Below, in pieces: positions 48,346-61,164 of a stretch of DNA of 64,000 nt (position 1 is the stretch's first letter; the number at the start of each line of letters is the position of its first letter). The translations under genes and the position numbers were made by a program. The stretch covers positions 11,359,175 through 11,423,174 of the forward strand of contig MU056000.1 in assembly GCA_013239625.1 (NCBI GenBank), in the 5' to 3' direction. The notes under the pieces were generated by a model. That model ran no database searches, had not been told where the DNA came from, and was given only the letters and a program-made list of their open reading frames with translations. Source of the stretch: Lama guanicoe. Lineage: Eukaryota.

Positions 48346-49714
48346 AAAACATCTTTAATAAACATCCCATTACCCATCATGTTAACCACCCAGCCTTTCC
48401 ATAGGTTTTGTTGTCTGTCGAGGTAACCTTGGGCCTGTTTGCCAGGTGCGTTTATCTGAATGTGAGTGCCATTTGCAAGCCTTGGTGGGAAAGAAATAGA
48501 GAAGACTTTGAGGTGGGATATCTGGTTCAAGTTCAGGTTCAAACCAGGTGCTTTCATTTTCATCCTTTCTGAATATGAAAGTGCTAAGAGTATGAGACTT
48601 CATATTTTTCTCACATGTTCTCCCAGCTGCTTCTTACTGTGCTTTCAACAGGAAGTAGGTAGGTCATTCTGGCTGAAACAGGCCACAAACAGCCCCTTCT
48701 GCTTATAACAATTTCCTATCACATTACCTCACCTGAATTTTTGAGCCAAGTTCTATTTGGGGTGGGCACTGTGATCATTATTCCTTCCTCATTAAAAACT
48801 CAAAAAAAAAAAAAGTTAAACTGCTTGATCATAACTGTACTCAGGCAAGCCTCAAAAACAGACACTAGTCCATAAGTAAATCTGATCAACTTCTTCACTA
48901 ATGTTCTGCTTAATTGTTTACAGTGAAAGCCGGGTGCTAGTCCCCTGTTGCGGTGATAAGACCTGTGTATTTCCTAATGTTACAAACGAGTCAGAATCCA
49001 TTGTTCTCACTTCCTGTGCAGTGTAGTTGACCTCCTCCAAGTTAGGAAAACACTTAGCTGGAAGGTTTGCCCTTGTTAATTCTGATAGAAAATAAAACCA
49101 CAATGATTATCAGAGACCTTGGTTATTTTTCATTATTGCTTAACTACATATTCTCCATGTAAGTAAATACAATTTTGCAGCATTTATTGTGGATTTTTTT
49201 ACTTCAAAAGAAATATACATTTTCAATTTTTTAAATGTGTAAAAAAATGAGTTCAAAAGAAAGGAATTTTCCTGTAATTTTGCATTTTAAAGATCTGTTA
49301 ATGCGCAGAAGAGCTTTTTCCACATATGTGTATATTTATAGAAATGTACATAGCTAGATTTATTTATAAACATTTATAATGAAATGACTTTGCAGTGCTT
49401 CACTGGATTTTAGGCGGGATAGGACCCAAAAATTACGTACACACTTTGTCCTGATGGACTCACTGTAAAGTGGTACAGGCAGTTAACCATTTTCTTCCTG
49501 CCTTCAGCTACATATTTTCTTAGTCCCTCTAAAATAAAAAATGATCTTAGGAAAAATGATACATCTAAAATAAGAGTTATCACAAATTTGATCCATTAAA
49601 TTTGGTCACTCATAGAGGTAAATTAAAATCATTGTCAAGAAATATTTCCTTTTTTTAAGGTAAACAGAATAGTATATAGATAATTTGTGATTAGCATGGA
49701 GTGGAGGGAAGAAA

Positions 49715-49912
49715 ACTGACATTTAGGGAACATTTACTAATGCCATTGTTCAGGAATTCAAATCTCCTTGCAATAATAAGAATTTGGTGCTATCCACTTG
49801 ACAACTGAGGGAAGTAAGATTTAGAGATTTTCAAGTTTTCCCATGGTCACAGTGCTAAAAAGTTATAAAGTTACTGTGTGAACCCAAGTTTGTCTGATTC
49901 CAAAGTCTATGA
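49715..49912 (-). mobile_element. MIR SINE
   Basis: 'cccatggtcacagtgcta...tgaacccaagtttgtctgattccaaagtctatg'. Confidence 0.7.
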
Positions 49913-49929
49913 CTGGTTTTTAAAAAAAA

Positions 49930-50445
49930 TTGCAGTTTTGTTTTCTAGCTACCAAAGTAATGTTTACTTAGAGTTTAAAATACTTCGAGAATAGAGGAAT
50001 ATGTAGCATAGAAAGATAAAGATATCCATAATTCCACCCCCAGAAAAGCTGCTGGTAATTGTTGGGCATGTATTTTCTAAACTTGTGTTCTATGCGTCTG
50101 CTAAAATACACGCTTTCTTTCTTTCTTTTTTTTTTTTTTGCTTTCATTCATTTTCTCTTCTTTCCTTCTTTTCTTTTTTTAGTTAATCAATTCCTAGTGA
50201 AGGCGTATTTTGGGTTATTATAGACAGTGTTTTAATAGATGTCTTAATATATTTACTTGTGGCATGCATTCAAGTGTTTCTGTAAAATAAATCACACACA
50301 AAAAAATTCCTGAGATTAAAAGTATGCACACAGTAAATTACAACCATTACTGCAACACGGCCTTCCAGAAAGATTTTGCCAGCTTTTCGTCCCATGGCAC
50401 CACGTGAGAGTGCCCAGGAGACTCTGCTTCCCTGTCATTGCACTA
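49930..50445 (-). mobile_element. Old L1 (L1ME-like) fragment
   Basis: 'atccataattccacccccaga', 'ggccttccagaaagattttgccagctttt...gtgagagtgccc'. Confidence 0.6.
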
Positions 50446-50564
50446 ATCAAACATTAAGTCTGAAGGACCCCTGAGGGATGCCAATGGTTTGCCTGTTGTC
50501 ACATGCGTAGTTAAGACCTGGGTTCAAGCCCAGCCGAGACTGTAGTAGTGAACACGTGAAACAT

Positions 50565-50745
50565 AGTAATGGTGATAGCCGGTACTTCAGGGTGCCAGCC
50601 ACTGCTCTGAGCACTGTAACACCATCTAATCCTCACGACAGCCTTACGGGTGCTTGCAGCTACTGTCCTCAGATTGCAGACTGGAAACTGGGGCTTTGAG
50701 AGGCTAAGTGACGTTTTCCCAAGTCGATAACAGGATTGGGCAATG
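50565..50745 (-). mobile_element. MIR SINE
   Basis: 'tctaatcctcacgacagcct...gaaactggggctttgagaggctaagtgacgttttccc'. Confidence 0.8.
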
Positions 50746-53700
50746 TGGTCCAAAATGTATGTCTATTTTCTACTTATTTTCTATTAGTTAAGTTGTTTCC
50801 AAGAGTTGTTTGAACCACGTTGCCTAGCAAAGTCCATTCAGAAGTTATAAGAAATCCATATGTACCGTCAAATGCAGAGGAAGTGCTGGATTAAGGATTT
50901 TGAGTTTAAAAGAACCCAAAATGCGTGTGCGCGTGCGTGCGTGCGTGTGCAGTGGAGACCACGATGCTCTGGGCAAATGGAAGAGAGCATGCCATCAGTT
51001 CTGACCAATGAGCTGGAGCTGGAGCTTCTTGAGAGCGGAGACCCCAGCCCCGGCTCTCTGCACATCTCTTGAGCCATAGACCTAGCAGGTAAGGGAGGGC
51101 TTTGAGCTGAATATGAGGCTGGGGTATAAACTGGACTGGAAAAACCTTCACAACTGAAAGTGACTGAAAAACGAGGCATCAATTAAGGTGCTTCCTATGA
51201 TTCAGTGAAAAGAACACAGATAGCAAGTGACCTGGAAAGTCTGTTCCAAGTTTGTACCTCCGTGAATTGAGACTCTCCACTCAAAATGAGCTGCACAGCC
51301 TCAGTGTTTGTTTCCTGTGGGCTCACGAGGATCTCATTCCTTCAAAGACCAATTAGGGTTAGTGGGCCCCTGAGAGGTTAGATAGACGTTACCCACCTGC
51401 CTTCTGTAGGGGGCATCATGCCTGCCCCCTTGTGTTAAGCAAAATGCACATCTTCCAAACCCACCTCCATCTACCCTCATCTCCATGGCCAGGCCCCCAG
51501 CACTTCTGGGATCCTTTTCCTCTCCTTGAACATCCCTGGGAATCTCAGTGGCTCCTCCACTGCTCTGCCACCTGAGTACCATTTTCCTGCACCTTTTTGT
51601 GGTGCGCTGGCATGTCTCGCAATCCCAATGCTCTGCAAACCTTAGCCAGGGAACGGCCCACCGGGAACTGTCCACTTGCTGTTTGCCACAGAACCTGGGA
51701 GAACAGGGAGTCTAGGCTCCATTAACATTTTGCAAATTCTCTTCTTTAAAATTCACCCCACGTTCCCTCTTTCTTTCTTCCCTTTTCCCCCTTCTCTCCT
51801 CCTTTACAAGAGCAGCCTTAATATGAGCCCAGGTTGCAGAGGAAGATTTTAGTGAAATGAATTCCGATTCTTTTCTCCGGGATATCATTCCACAAATCTT
51901 TTGAAACCTATGATACTGTTTGGTTCCAGTGATGGCTCTGTCTTTGAAATGAAAGTCTACATTATCTAGATTGAATGGAAGCTGCACTGGTTGAAAGAGC
52001 AGAGAGGAGTCCTCTAAACAGCTCTGTTCTCCCTTGTTCCACAGGCAGGCCCTGGTCCATGTCTGTGGAACCCTGCAGCTCTTAGGAACACAGTTTGAAA
52101 ACCACTCTTCTAGAAAGAGGAACTATTCAAATTTCTTAGCAAGGAAGTAGGTTAGTAGAAGTAATAGATGTTTTCTTAGGGCCCTAGGCAAGATGCGAAA
52201 CCAACACGATTGGATTGTGATCAGAAAATATATTTGATCTTTGTTTATTATGCAGAAATAGATGATTTCCTTTCTCTTACAACAAAGTCTTGAATCTTTT
52301 TAACTGCTAACAGATATATGCAAAGATGACTTCCAAAGGGTGATTCGCAATATATAACGTACAGTTTCTGATATATGGGTGTATATGTGGATAATTATTT
52401 GATACATATGTTTGAAATGTTTCTGTTTCAAGGACCAACAGCCATAAATTGAGGAAATAGAAACAGACAAGTTAAACAGTTGTTCTGAGCTGGCACACTG
52501 GCTCAAGAAAATGTAGAATTCATCAATATGGCAGCTCGGATTTCTTTCCAAGTTCATGGCTTCATATTCCAATCTTATTCCATTTATTTTTTCACATTAA
52601 AATTCTGTAAGACTTCAAGAGAACCAGAGAAAATTTCAATCTTATAACTATTAGAGAATGGAAAAAATGGCGGGGAATATATACTTAAAGCTTATTTAAG
52701 ATGTGTCCAACAGTCACATAATTCATCATATGAGAAATTACAGTAAATAGCACATCATCACTGATAGCAGAGATAAAGGACTATTCTACACTAAACCATT
52801 CAGCCAGTGTTTGGGTCAGGAAAGGTGTTCTTTTTGATATTCACTGGATGAAAGAAGGGTTTTAGAAGGAAGCCAGTGGTTTTGCAGCTTAAGCCCTTCT
52901 AGGGCGGTTAGCTCCAAGGGATCTGAGAATTGTAGAAGTCTCTGCAGGCATTTATTGTTCAGTGCTGTGTTTATATGGGACAGGCAATATCCTTATATGA
53001 ACACTTAATTTCACTTGCACAGAGATGCTTTCGTGGGAATTATCTAATGTATACATTTATAAGACTTTGTCTTAAGTAACTTCCAACCATTAATTCATAA
53101 GGGAGCAAGTTACCTTGACCAGATGTTAGTTTTTTGTTTAACTTTTCTTTTCTTTCTTTCTTTTTTTTTTTTGTTTTTAAGAGCCAAATTATTTTGACTT
53201 TATAATCTGATTTAAGTTGTTTGCTCTGCCTCTTTGGAACCATTTTTCAGATTTTACCGTTTTCTTCACTTTTTAATTACTAGAGGACTCTTTTACAAAC
53301 CCATCTTTACTGTACTTATGGAATACAGTGGATCACTAGAATTTTAATGTAATAAAATATCATTTCAAAGCTATGAGCTAGAATGTGATTAATATACGAT
53401 TTGGCCTGGAAAAATTTCCACTAACATGACTCAATAAATATTCCATATATAATATCTATTTTTAATATACTGGGATTTAAAAAACATATCTTGGATCTTT
53501 TTCTTTTCTTCCTCATCTGTGTCATTTAAAGTGAGGACTTCAAAGCCAGACATCATGGTCAGGTGCTGAACAGAGATCCGAGAAGCCAATTGACTATGCT
53601 CCAATGTTGAGCAGATGGGGCGTGACTCAAGGAAGTGATAGAGGAGCCTTTGAAGGTCCTCAGTGTTTCCACCAAGACTGGAGTCAAGTTAAGGGGTTGC

Positions 53701-53798
53701 ACAGGCAACTACTGGACCCAGATTGTACCAGGAGCTTCTAATCCTTCTTCCATTCCATCCCCCCAGTGACACATGAGATAACCATGCATACCCCACTT

Positions 53799-53968
53799 CA
53801 GAGCTCCTCAGCCTTGGCTTATTGCCCAAAGGGGACATTGGAGATCTCGGGAAGCATTTTCGATTGTCACAATGCAAGTGTGCTGTCGGCATCTAGCAGG
53901 TAGAGTTCAGGGATGCTGCTTCAGTTATCACGCCGAAAACACCAAGAGTGTCAGGCTGAGAAACGTGT
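53799..53968 (+). mobile_element. MER20 hAT-Charlie MITE (internal deletion)
   Basis: 'aggggacattggagatctcgggaagcattttcgattgtcacaa...ggcatctagcaggtagagttcagggatgctgct...gctgagaaac'. Confidence 0.85.
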
Positions 53969-54077
53969 CCCATTTTACAGATCAGGCACCTGAGGCTCTA
54001 AAAGGTCCAGAGTTCATGAATATCAGAGTTAGAATCAAAATCAGGCCTGACTCAGACGTTGATGCTCTTTATCACTA
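53969..54077 (-). mobile_element. MIR fragment
   Basis: 'cccattttacagatcaggcacctgaggct...aggcctgactcag...gctctttatcact'. Confidence 0.7.
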
Positions 54078-54198
54078 AAACTCATGTCTTCTCAGGGAAT
54101 AAGAAGTAAAACCAGAACATACAGGTTAACAGCCAGTTACAGACAATTATGAATATTAGGAGATTGTATCTTACAGGGATTGTGAAGCAGTTGAAGAT

Positions 54199-54314
54199 TT
54201 AGGTTTATTTATTTATTTGTTTGTTTGTTTGTTTTTATTAGAGATACTGGAGATTGAACCCAGGACCTCGTGCATGCTAAGTGTGCACTCTACCACTGAG
54301 CTATACTCTCCCCC
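54199..54314 (-). mobile_element. tRNA-Ala-derived camelid SINE (vic-1 type)
   Basis: 'gattgaacccaggacctcgtgcatgctaagtgtgcactctaccactgagctatac' with a (TTTA/TTTG)n tail. Confidence 0.93.
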
Positions 54315-55019
54315 AATAAGCAGACATATTAAATTAAAAGAAAATTCTTCCGGAAAATCAAAGCTCAGCTAGAAAGACATGGGGAAATGACACCACCACA
54401 CATAAATTCCTATTTTCAACCAATGTATTAGTCATGAAATTTCACTCCTTATGCTCTCCTGTTCACACAGACACATATTCTCCTGCTTGACAGCCTAGAC
54501 TTGCCAAAATTATAGAGTATCAAAATCAAATCAGACATTTTATTTTAGGCATTTTTCTCCCCAAAACTTTTCATTTTTAGTTGACAAATATCAAGAGATG
54601 CCCTCTGGCCATCCTGCTTGCTTCATTTTCTTCTTGTCGTCCCTCATCAAAGAAGTCCAGTGTGGCCAGGGTACCAATGAGGGATTCTGATGGAGCTTTG
54701 CTCGTGATATTGGTAGAACCTTGTTTTAGTGATAACGTTTCACACTTCGGGAAGTTGGGTTTATTTCACTTTCTGATGAGTTTATTCAAGTTTGTGTCCT
54801 TGGTGCTAATCTTTGAAAACTGTTTATTCCAGCCTCCCTTGTCTTCTCACGTTGGTCCATCAGCATATTAATTTCCCGTAACCTGGCTTATTAGCTTCTC
54901 ATTTACACAATCACTCTCAACAAGTCCAGTTGCCCCCTAACAGTTAAATACTTAGGGATAGTGAGATTCTTATCGCTGGACTCTGCTTGATGCACGACTG
55001 GATTCTGAGCCCAAACGAC

Positions 55020-55205
55020 CCATAGGATGTTAGCACTGACAGAAGCCTCACACATTGTCTAGTCCAGTCCCCTGTTTACATTTTAGAGAAGATAAGGTCC
55101 AACGAGGTTGAGGGTCTTGGCCGAGGTCGAACAGCCAGTTAGCGGTCACCGTGGGACCACAGTTCTCACCTGTTGATTCTCATTTGCAGGCTCTGTGCAC
55201 TACAC
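55020..55205 (-). mobile_element. MIR3/MIR SINE
   Basis: 'cataggatgttagcactg...tctagtccagtcccct...cttggccgaggtcgaacagccagttag'. Confidence 0.7.
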
Positions 55206-55893
55206 TTTTTGACAAAATTCTTTCCCATAACAGAGCTCGTTGGAATGTGTTGCAAGATAACCTTTGCTAGGCGGTAGTGCATTCTACTCCATAGAATGTA
55301 TTCTAGCTTCCAGCACAGCGTGTTTCTACTCACTGTGAGTTCTTTACCATACTTAGCATTTTTTGTGGTTTATTAACTGGCCTTGCCGAGATAACGCCTG
55401 GTTTCTTAGGTCCCGGTGTGACAGCGGAGGTGCTGGTAACTAGCCATTGCCCCAACACTTGAACAGGGAGGGCTGTTGCTGTCACTGTCTTCTCAGAGAT
55501 GAGGCACCATCACTGGCTCCCAAGGATGGCTGCCTCACAGACCACACATGCATACACTTTTACCAGAATGACAGACGTTTGCTTTGTCCATATTTCTGTT
55601 GTCTTTTAAAAGAGCAACAACAATTGCTCCAACTAAAAGGCAGGAAGCAAATCCTGTGTTCCCCTGACAAACCAAAGCCTTTGCTCAGCCACTCACAGAT
55701 TTGAAGGCAAGAGGCATCTTTGTGCACTGGGTGTTAGGACAAACGTTAGTGACAGTTATATGCACACCCAGACAAAGTCCATCTGTCCTGACTCTGGGAA
55801 AATGCACAGTCCTTGGAGATTCTCAGAGCCCTTGAGTGCAGAGGATCAGGTTGGGGTAAAGCCTCATTCCCCACACCTTCCAACCTCTGTTGG

Positions 55894-56520
55894 TTTTTTT
55901 ATTGAAGTACAGTCGATTTGCAATGTTGTGTTAATTTCTCGTGTACAGCAGAGATTCAGTTATATATACATTTTCCTTTTCATGTTCTTTTTTGTTACAG
56001 ACCATTACAAGGTATTTACTATAGTACTATAGTTCCCTGTGCTATGCAGTAAGACCTTGTTATCTATTTTATATACAGTAGTTAGTATTTACAAATCCCA
56101 GATTCCCAACTTATCCGTCACCACTCCTTTCCCCACCCCAGTAACCATAAGTTTATTTTCTATGTCTGTGAATCTATTCTGTTTGTAAGTAAGTTCATTT
56201 GTGTCCTTTTTTTTTTTTCTTTTAAGTTTCCACATATAAGTGATATCATGTGGTATTTTTGTTTCTCTTTCTGGCTTACTTCACTTAGAATGACATTCTC
56301 CAGGGCCATCCATGTTGCTGCAAATGGCATTATTTTAATTCTTTTTAATGGCTGAATAGTATTCCATTGTATAAATATACTACATCTTCTTTGTCCAGTT
56401 ATCTACCAGTGGACATCTAGGTTGCTGGCATGTCTTTTCTATTGTGAACAGTGCTTCTGTGAACATTGGGGTGCATGTATTGGTTTTGAATTAGAGTTTC
56501 CTCTAGATTTATGCCCAAGA
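55894..56520 (-). mobile_element. Lineage-specific L1, 5'-truncated
   Basis: 'ttttattgaagtacagtcgatttgcaatgttgtgttaatttc' through the ORF2-end antisense to 'atgcccaaga'. Confidence 0.95.
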
Positions 56521-56816
56521 CCAAGCTTGGTTTTTCTAGCACACAGCATCAGGGCTCTCAAGAGAAGAGAAAGAGCTGGTACTGTGGCCCTTTCAACCTT
56601 GCAAGCCCCTCTGGTGTTCCCAAGTGGTGGATTGCTGACCGCATGAAATCAGCAGCCCTCTGCAACACGGAGTATTGTTGGGGTTCCCCTTCCGGAAACT
56701 GTGGCACGTGCTCTCCCCATCATTATCCACTATCTTTTGACTCTGTTTGTATAAGGGTCCAGGTTGCATTCACCTTATACTAGCACAAATTGATAATATG
56801 TGATCAGCCAGAGTTC

Positions 56817-57070
56817 TTTTTTTTTATCGAACTATAGTCGATTTACAGTGTTGTGTTAATTTCTGGTGTACAGCATAGTATTCATTTATTTTACATATAT
56901 ATATTTATATATACATATATTCCTTTTGATATTCTTTTTCATTATAGACTATTAGAAGGTAAGGAATATAGTTCCCTGTACTACACGGTAGGACCCTGTT
57001 GTCTATCTATTTATATATAATAGTGTGTATCTTCAAATCATGAACTGCCAGTTTATCCCTCCCCCCACCT
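56817..57070 (-). mobile_element. Lineage-specific L1 3' end
   Basis: 'tatagtcgatttacagtgttgtgttaatttctggtgtacagcatag...agtttatccctcccc'. Confidence 0.9.
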
Positions 57071-57204
57071 TAATTAAACAGTATTTTCTGGGTCATCTAC
57101 TACAGGCCAGGCGTAGGTACTGGCGTGAGCTAACGTGGTGAACTAAACTTACGGATAGAGTTAACACTGACTCTCTTTGGGAATGGAAGGAAGAGAATGG
57201 AGAG

Positions 57205-57370
57205 ATTCTGTTTATGGAATATTACAGAACCCAGGCACTTTTTGTACATTACTGCACTGAGTCCTCACCAGACTCCTGTTTCTTAGTCATTATTATTACC
57301 AATTCACAAATTAAGAAATCAGTTCAAATAGGTGAGATAGCATGCCCGGGTCTCAATGCAAGTGAGTGAG
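57205..57370 (-). mobile_element. MIR fragment
   Basis: 'ccaggcactt...tgagtcctcac...attattattaccaattcacaaattaagaaa'. Confidence 0.6.
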
Positions 57371-57976
57371 CAGAGCATCAGGAGGGGAGGTGGATGTCAC
57401 TCTTTTCTGTACTTTAAGTGGCTGCAGTGGGGGAGAAAGCTGAAGAGGGCCACCCTGCCACGCCGAATGTGCCTCGGAAGCATCTGGATGGGATGGGAAC
57501 GGGCAATCAGAAGGTGAGCAACCCTGAGTGGGAACAGAAGCTGGAGGCAGACAGGAACCTCACCTCCTTCAGAGTCCAGCTGGTGGGAGGGACTAACCTG
57601 GCAGAACAAGAGTCTGTCCACCTACTCTCCACTCTGTGCTCCATCCAAAATGTGAGGCTGCTCACTCCATCTGAGGAAGTCCCTGGGGGACGCAGGCGTT
57701 TCCTTGGGCGTGAGTGTCAGCGTGTGTTGGGAGCATTGTCTCCTACATGGGCATGTGTACCCTCTGCACAAGGGTATCGAGGTTAACTGGAACCCGCACG
57801 TGTTATACACAGCAATAAGTTTAAAGAGTGACCTCCTCTACTCTTTTAAATACTCTTTTTCTACTCTACTCCTCTAAAATTTCCCAAAGGCACTGCCGGA
57901 TGACGGATTATCCCCTCTAAATTCGATCTCATTTTTTTTTTTTTCTGTCTCTGCTTCTTCTCTTTTTAACCTGGTA

Positions 57977-58385
57977 TTTTCTTTATTGAGGTATTATTTA
58001 CATTCTATAAAATGAACACATTTTAATTGTACAGATCAGTAATTATTCACATGTAAACAGCCATGTAACCATTACTCACCCAAATCTAACTGTAAAACAT
58101 TTCCAGCTCATCATAAGTTTGCTTGTACCCCTTCCAAGTCACTAATCCACAGCAAGAGAAAACATCTGTTTTGGTTACTGTCATTAAAATTTCATTTTGT
58201 CAGCTCTTAAAGATCATGTAAATCGAACACAGCATGTGTTCTTTTGTCTGCCCTTTCTCTTCAACATGTGTCTGGGAGTTGTCCATGCTGTGTCATGTAT
58301 CAGGGATCTGTTCCTGTGTATTGCTCTGTAGTAGTCCATTGTCCATGTACGTCAGTTTTCTATTCTTCCATTGGAGGTCATGTGA
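57977..58385 (-). mobile_element. Old L1 (L1MB/MC-like) 3' end
   Basis: 'ctttattgaggtattatttacattctataaaatgaacacattttaattgtacag...gcatgtgttcttttgtctg'. Confidence 0.8.
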
Positions 58386-59113
58386 GATCTCATTTTATCT
58401 GCTGTCTGGAACCAGTGCCAGTAAGCAGTAAAAACCCAAGAATGGGAAGCCAGAAAGAGAAGTCATAAAAGGATTGAGAAAATCCCTAATAATTAAGGAT
58501 TGCCAGTATTAATCTTCCACTTGGAGCATGTGCTTTCCAGTCATCATTTGATTTTTAAGAGCCCATTTTTACTTAAGAAGAAGTGTTGTCTTTTCTTGTA
58601 CCAGAGAGTATAGAGTTCTGTTCACAAAATCCAAGGCAGAAACTTGACAGGTACCAGGCTAGTTTGATCCATGCAGACTCAATTTTTTAAATATCTACAT
58701 GAGAGCCTCAGAGGGTGGTGGATGTGGCCTCACTTTGGTGCCAGATTCTCCTTCCTGTCTCTTTACTGTCCAACTTACTGCTTCTGTGCCCCATCACTGA
58801 TCTTCCAAGGCTAGAGTGAGGGTGAATGTCGAGGACTTAACGGTGCTGAGGATGGATGAAAATACAGGATTAGCCCTCAGGTCCCCCAGAGGGAAGGAAC
58901 AAATCTTGGCAGAAAATTATGTAACACAAGCATCTCAGAGTAAGTGGAGAAACTTAGAGAAGCCAAAAAAGTTGTGCAGATTTCTATTCCTACAGAAATG
59001 TAGCCAAGGCTCATGGTTTTCGGTTTTAGTAACATCGAATCAGTAGATGCGACAGAATCAGCAGGTTTGTATTTCTATCACAATCAGGCTTAAAAAGATA
59101 TTAAAGAAAATAT

Positions 59114-59600
59114 TATATTATCTAAGACATTTTTTTCATTATGAGAGAGAATCTACCTTAATCTAGCCTTAAGTTAAAATGGAGTTTATTGTCTGGTGCA
59201 GTTGAAAAGTCCTGGTGTTGTCTTGCTTTAGGCTAGCTAAATTCAGGAGTTCCATGAATGGTCTCAGAGAACTGACTCTTCTTCCAAGACTTGGCTCTGA
59301 TTTCTGCTGTATTGCTTTCATTTACTGAGTGATTCTCCTTATAAGAGGGGAAGGGTTACCATTTTCAACCTAAATGGTCCCGAAAAGTTAACATCTCATA
59401 AGAAACCATTTTTGGTTCCCAGCATCCATTCCAGTCCCCAAAAGGCCCCTCATGGATGAGCAGACATCAATTCCAGCTTTTGTGGGACAGGTGGAGCCCC
59501 TGGACCGACTGCTCCAGACAAATCCCATGAGGTCAGGGAGGAACGGGTCCCAAAGGAAAGTCTCCAAGGAGGGCAGATAGGATCCTCAGCTCTCCACCCG
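59114..59600 (-). mobile_element. Old MLT1 (J/K-like) LTR
   Basis: 'gagtttattgtctggtgcagttgaaaagtcc...cttggctctgatttctgctgtattgctttcatt'. Confidence 0.65.
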
Positions 59601-61164
59601 AGGCCTGCAGGAGATCCCGGTCCCACAGGGGGTGGGGCAGTAACGGCTTAGCAAGCAAATGGGAGCTTACTTGGACGTAGGAGGAGGGCATTCGTTGGTG
59701 AGCAGACTCTCAGAGAACAGCAGGGAGAAAGATTTGAATTGGGATTAGATTTTTCAGAGGCAAAGAAGACTCTATGACTTAACTCCTCCACTGCGCAAAG
59801 CTGAACTCTCCGTCAGCACCTCACAGATCTAGGGGGGAGCTGAAAATTGATGACAGGTCTGTAACTCTCAAAACATCCTCTCTCCTAATCCCCTCGCATC
59901 CTCACTCAGCATTTTGCTTACTCTGTTCTTGGTCTCAGAGTCTCTCTCCTCCCATCTCTCCCTCCCTCCCCCTCTTCTTTCTCTTTAAAATAGCTCTTTG
60001 AAAACAGTACACAATAGTGCCATTTGGGGAGGACAATTGCTTTCAATCCACTTTTACTTAGAGCTGTTTTCACCATAATTGTTGCTGAGATGAAATACTG
60101 ACCTTTCCATGTTGAGAAAATTAAAAATGCCTCAAGGGTCAGAGAAAACAATCCCCTAAGTACCAGCTGCGGGGAAAATGCCCACATGAAGTGACTGCTC
60201 CCTTCCTGACACCACAGCATGTAATTCCCCAGTTTTCCCAGAAGAATAGAGCTCCTGCCCCTTCTTATTATCTCCAAAGACACCAACAGTGGGAGCCCTC
60301 AGCCCAGAAGGCCCGCAGTGGCCAACCAAGTCTTACAACGAAACAATCGTGCGGATTTCTTTTTCCTAAGACAAAGTCTACAAGACCAAATATGTTGCTG
60401 GAGAAAAGGTCACCTTTCCCCAGAAATGGTGCACAGTTGGGACAGCTGTAGATTTTGCTTCCGATTCTGCAGGGAGTGGCTACAACTCTATCCCTGTTTG
60501 TCCTGTGTGGTCACAACAGTGAGCCACCAAACAGCAATAATTAGGTGAGTGAAGTTAATAAATGCTACCGAGACAAGACGTGTCCTTAACCATAGCTGGA
60601 ATTAAAGGACTGACTTCAATGTGTAATATATAATGTGTCTATCAGAGAATCAGCAAGATGTTTACAAGTTATAAATATGTGTTTATTGATATACTAGTCT
60701 ACACATATGTGCATATAGCTATGCACATAGCCACATGTGATCAGAAATTTCTAGATGTCACCTCAATGAGAAATGATTCCTGTATTTATAACTTTAATTT
60801 TATCAGTGACTAATGCCCATCACTTACATGAAATGGGGTAGAATGAGGCAATTTTTGTCCATACCTAACCCGGAAGTTTAGTTAGAAACATTAGGAAGAT
60901 TTGATCACTTTGGTAGGGAAATACATTTGGCACAAAGATGCACGTGTTTTCCACTTACGTCGTAATATTTAAGTCTCCTTAATGTTAGGAACTTGTAAAT
61001 TCGGATCTGTAAATTTCAGGATGAAGTCCACCACTAACTGTGCGCTACTGCCCCCTCTCTCAGCCCTGCAGTCACTCAGTCCCTCCCCTTTCCAGAAGCA
61101 GGTGGTGTGAGTTATTGCCATGCAGCTCTTTGAACTCAGCATGCTGTGTATCAGCTCAGTGACT

